Assembly (NCBI GenBank): GCA_963740315.1
Contig: CAVUDP010000002.1
Coordinates: 576,001 to 640,000, forward strand
Source of the DNA: an uncultured cyanobacterium
Lineage (GTDB): Bacteria > Cyanobacteriota > Cyanobacteriia > Cyanobacteriales > Nostocaceae
Length of the DNA: 64,000 nt
Direction of reading: 5' to 3'
The translations under genes were made by a program, and so were the position numbers. Shown piece by piece: positions 60,699-64,000 of this stretch. Below the pieces are notes generated by a model. It was not told the DNA's origin. It saw only the letters and a list, made by a program, of their open reading frames with translations, and did no database searches. Within the stretch, counting starts at the first letter, position 1. Each line of letters starts with the position of its first letter.

Positions 60699-63656
60699 CT
60701 ACTGAAAAGACCTCCCGACGGCACACACCACACGAAAACCAATACTGCTATAGAGGTAGGCGCGCGTAACATAGCTGAGGCGAGACGCGGAACGGCAGGA
60801 GTCTGGATCGTTGACCCAGGAACCGCCCCGCAGCACGGCTGTACCAGATTTTTGAAAAAGATTATCATTATTATTGTCAAACCAAGCACTGCCATCTGTG
60901 GGCGCATTTTCATAGTTTGAATGCCAATCATCAAGACACCATTCCCAAACGTTTCCGTGCATATCAGATAGCCCAAAGGCATTAGCTGCATTAAAACTGC
61001 CTACTGGCGTTGTTGTTTTCCGGTAAATCCCTTTGGAACCAACACCGTAAGTTTCGGTAGCATCATAATTGGCTAACTCGGATGTAATTGTTTCACCAAA
61101 ATGAAATGCTGTTGTCGTACCTCCACGGCAAGCATATTCCCATTCTGCTTCGCTAGGTAAGCGATATTCTCTTCCCGTGTGCTTTGATAGTCTGGCACAA
61201 AATTCTACCGCATCGTACCAAGAAACTGACTCTACCGGACAGCGATCGCTCTCTTTGCGGTTTTTAAAATAACTAGGATCGAGGGAGAGGTCACGTTCGA
61301 CTTTCAAATTTTCACGAGATGCGATCGCTCGCCACTGTGCTTGGGTTATGGGATACCTGCCCATAAAGAACGATCGAACTCTTACTTCGTGTTGGAGACG
61401 TTCTGACTCTCTACTACCTTGCTCCGTTTTTGGTGCGCCCATTGTGAATGTACCATCAGGAATCAGTACCATTTCTAGTTCAATTCCCGAACCCAAGTTT
61501 TCAACAAAGTATTGATTTTGTTGACGATGGCGGTTAATTATTAATTCTGTTTTCTTGAGTTCAATGGTGGCAACATCAAATTCAAAGGGTTGGGGGTTAA
61601 TATCTTCTTCAACAGATATGGTTGGTATTCTAAATTTAAGGGTTTGTAGTTCACTACTAACAAATCTACCTCGAAAATCAATTCTGCCTTCCTTTGGATA
61701 CTGCAACCATCCTTCAAATAACTTTCCTTTGTGACTATCTTCCCAAAAATAGCTATTTTCACTATTTAATTTAAAATTGATGCCAGCAGCAGTTTGATTA
61801 CTATCGGAATTCCAAGATAGGGTTTGTGCTTCAAATTTTAAATTTTTAATTACTGCCAAACCAAACCGGGAACGAAACTTGACTTCACCCTGGGGAGAAA
61901 TAAATAAATGTTCTGGTTCTGATTCTTTTTGCCAAATACCAGCTTTTCCACCCCATTTAACCGCACAAGTATATTCTCCAGCATATTGCTGCATAAACTC
62001 AAGTTTTTCAGCCTCAAGAGCATACTTTCCTCCCAATTGTCGTAGAACTTGAGCCTTAAATTTTGCAAAGGGACGAATCTTGGCTTCTAGAGCATCATTA
62101 CCATGATATGTAAGTAGCTGGGCATCAAATTCTTTTACTGATAACCCTAATCTTTCAACAATAGATTCAGTTACTCGATCGATAACTGAAATTTGTTTAT
62201 GAGGTGGGACAAAATCTCTGAGTAATTCTCTTACACCATCAATAAACTCATAGGTAATATACTCAGTATCATCTTGCTGAGAAACTGGTAAACGTTTGAG
62301 CATTCCACTCATAAACACTTCTGCCACATGAATTTGTGTTGACTCTGGCAGCAAGGTTTGCTGAACTAAATGTACCACCGATATACTCACAGGAAGTGTT
62401 GCCATTAATCCCGCTAAAAGTCTGGCTTGTAAAGAAGCGTTGACGCGGAATAGATCGACTAATTCGGCAGCAGATAGTTGGGGTGTAAGTGGTGGGGAAT
62501 CAGCAGATTTTTTTGTCTCTTTACGAGAATAAAAAGAATAAAATTTGAATCCTGCTGTTGATATATTTCCTTGACCTACTATAACTTGTGACCAGATGCG
62601 TAAAGGTTCTGGTTCTAGAGTAACAATAGGAATAGAAATTGAGGAATTAAGATTCTTACGCTTGTTTTCTGCTGCAAATTCATCAATGTCATCTTCATCC
62701 CATAAATTGTAAGTTAGCTGATAATTGTATGCTCCAGGAGCGATATTAGAAAGTAAAACGGGAATTTCATCAACTAAAGCTGTTCTATCCCAAAATCTTT
62801 CTGGAAGTAATTGAATAATCGTAATTAAACCGCGTTGTCCCCATAACTCTAGCACCGGATGAATCAGTTGTTTTCGCCAAATAGCAGAAATACAATCACT
62901 TACCAGTAAAATTAACCGCCTACCTTTAGGATCGATTAATACATCTGGTTTATGAGGAGCTAATTCATCAAACCCCATGCTATTTTGAGGAAATAATTGT
63001 ATTTTTGTTTGTTTTGTTTCTTTTGTTGCGGTCGAAGTTTCTACGCCTTTTAATTTCCAAGTCCGCACATCCCGAAAAGCACCATGATGCTTGAGCAATA
63101 GTTGAAATTCTTTAATTGTTTGTTGCCAAATTTCAGTGATGCTAGTTTCTTCAATTACTAAAGCTAACTCTAACCATTTTTCTGGAGTGCTTTGGAGAAT
63201 TGGTATGCCAATTTCATCTTCTGCAAAGCGTTGAGCTGTAGCTTCCTCATCCAGTATCTTTTCTGTAGAAGATGGTACTTTCCGCATGAGAGGACGAAGC
63301 GCACGTCCTAAAGCCAGGGAATTTCTCAGGGCTGCTGCTGCGGGTATTTTGATGGGAATTGCTTCTGTGTTTTCTTTATCGCTTGGCTTTTGTGTCTCTG
63401 GGGGAGAAGGAACAACTGGGGCTGTTGGTCGATCTGGAGTAACTGGAAGTTTGTTTTCACTCCTTGGAGGAGCTAGAGGTTTATTTGGGGTGTCTGGTTT
63501 TGGTGTAGGTAATGGTGGTGATGGCTCTGTTATTGGCTGGGGTGACTGTTCTGACAAGGATTCCATGTGAACCGCTAACCAGAAAATATCTGCTAATTCT
63601 CTAGCAGTTAAGTCGTACTCAGCTTTTTGTAGAATAGCGATCGCTCGTTCTATCAC
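60699..63656 (-). CDS. vWA-like (SAV_2336 N-terminal-type) protein with a C-terminal FGE-sulfatase domain, probable DGR target
   Basis: ELADIFWLA, Pro-rich linker, RALRPLMR...LDEEAT, LELALVIE, GRRLILLVSDC...W, QLLPERFW.RT; C-terminal FGE domain. Confidence 0.85.
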   Translation of the reverse strand: MIERAIAILQKAEYDLTARELADIFWLAVHMESLSEQSPQPITEPSPPLPTPKPDTPNKPLAPPRSENKLPVTPDRPTAPVVPSPPETQKPSDKENTEAIPIKIPAAAALRNSLALGRALRPLMRKVPSSTEKILDEEATAQRFAEDEIGIPILQSTPEKWLELALVIEETSITEIWQQTIKEFQLLLKHHGAFRDVRTWKLKGVETSTATKETKQTKIQLFPQNSMGFDELAPHKPDVLIDPKGRRLILLVSDCISAIWRKQLIHPVLELWGQRGLITIIQLLPERFWDRTALVDEIPVLLSNIAPGAYNYQLTYNLWDEDDIDEFAAENKRKNLNSSISIPIVTLEPEPLRIWSQVIVGQGNISTAGFKFYSFYSRKETKKSADSPPLTPQLSAAELVDLFRVNASLQARLLAGLMATLPVSISVVHLVQQTLLPESTQIHVAEVFMSGMLKRLPVSQQDDTEYITYEFIDGVRELLRDFVPPHKQISVIDRVTESIVERLGLSVKEFDAQLLTYHGNDALEAKIRPFAKFKAQVLRQLGGKYALEAEKLEFMQQYAGEYTCAVKWGGKAGIWQKESEPEHLFISPQGEVKFRSRFGLAVIKNLKFEAQTLSWNSDSNQTAAGINFKLNSENSYFWEDSHKGKLFEGWLQYPKEGRIDFRGRFVSSELQTLKFRIPTISVEEDINPQPFEFDVATIELKKTELIINRHRQQNQYFVENLGSGIELEMVLIPDGTFTMGAPKTEQGSRESERLQHEVRVRSFFMGRYPITQAQWRAIASRENLKVERDLSLDPSYFKNRKESDRCPVESVSWYDAVEFCARLSKHTGREYRLPSEAEWEYACRGGTTTAFHFGETITSELANYDATETYGVGSKGIYRKTTTPVGSFNAANAFGLSDMHGNVWEWCLDDWHSNYENAPTDGSAWFDNNNDNLFQKSGTAVLRGGSWVNDPDSCRSASRLSYVTRAYLYSSIGFRVVCAVGRSFQ

Positions 63657-64000
63657 AGTCCATCTCTAGTATTTAAGTAGCGCAGCAAATGTTCTACTAA
63701 CTTTGTTTTTGCATCTTTATCTTTCTCCTGGCGATCGACAGATTCAATCATGGGGGAATCAGAATTATTAGCTGTATTAGTTAATATATAAATAGCATTG
63801 AGTAATTGGTCTGTAGCTAAATCACCTTTATTTCGTCGCTGGAGAAACTTCTTAATAAGTTTTTCTGCTTGTCCAATAATATCATTGCCTAAATGAGCTT
63901 TAACAATGTTTTCTAATTCCTCTAAATTTGGTTGTGGTAAATCTAACCTCAAACAACGTCGTAAAAAAGCCGGGGGAAACTCTCGTTCACCATTACTTGT
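63653..64000 (-). CDS. MoxR-family AAA+ ATPase (3' part only)
   Basis: Frame open to the window edge: TSNGEREFPPAFLRRCLRL...LATDQLLNAI; its TGA overlaps the next gene's GTG start. Confidence 0.85.
   Translation of the reverse strand, partial: TSNGEREFPPAFLRRCLRLDLPQPNLEELENIVKAHLGNDIIGQAEKLIKKFLQRRNKGDLATDQLLNAIYILTNTANNSDSPMIESVDRQEKDKDAKTKLVEHLLRYLNTRDGL

Noticed and set aside
59669..60991. Alternative-frame and antisense ORFs duplicated over the FGE genes
   Set aside because: Shadows of the duplicated FGE coding sequence with no independent features
1..64000. Abundant GCGATCGC octamers as a novel repeat
   Set aside because: This is the well-known cyanobacterial HIP1 sequence

Overview
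AT-rich chromosomal window from a filamentous cyanobacterium. Many HIP1 octamers (GCGATCGC), short tandem repeats (STRR) and a patD-like gene next to relA/spoT suggest a heterocyst-forming Nostocales strain (inference). Most of it is ordinary: a GT2/Wzm-Wzt polysaccharide cluster, a GH57 protein, a Ca2+/H+ exchanger, a PAS/GAF histidine kinase, mltA, lpxD, hdrB-like, acpP-fabF-tkt, tRNA-Arg(ACG), moaC, relA/spoT, phnDCE-like, an A-adding tRNA nucleotidyltransferase-like gene, sodB and desC. The most notable signals are: (1) at the right end, a MoxR ATPase followed by a vWA-like/lectin-like/FGE-sulfatase protein and a stand-alone near-identical FGE copy, whose C-terminal ~70 bp differ in the pattern of diversity-generating-retroelement (DGR) variable repeats, with no template repeat or RT in the window; (2) a 166-bp non-coding IS200/IS605 mini-element with IS608-type end signals and a possible omegaRNA-like core; (3) a SynDLP-type dynamin + KGK + KGK-like + HNH operon; (4) a TetR fused to an apparently inactive tyrosine-recombinase domain, with two operator-like palindromes before desC; (5) accessory genes bracketed by REP/REPIN-like repeats, and nested tiny mobile repeats. 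All calls come from reading motifs by eye; no database searches were run.
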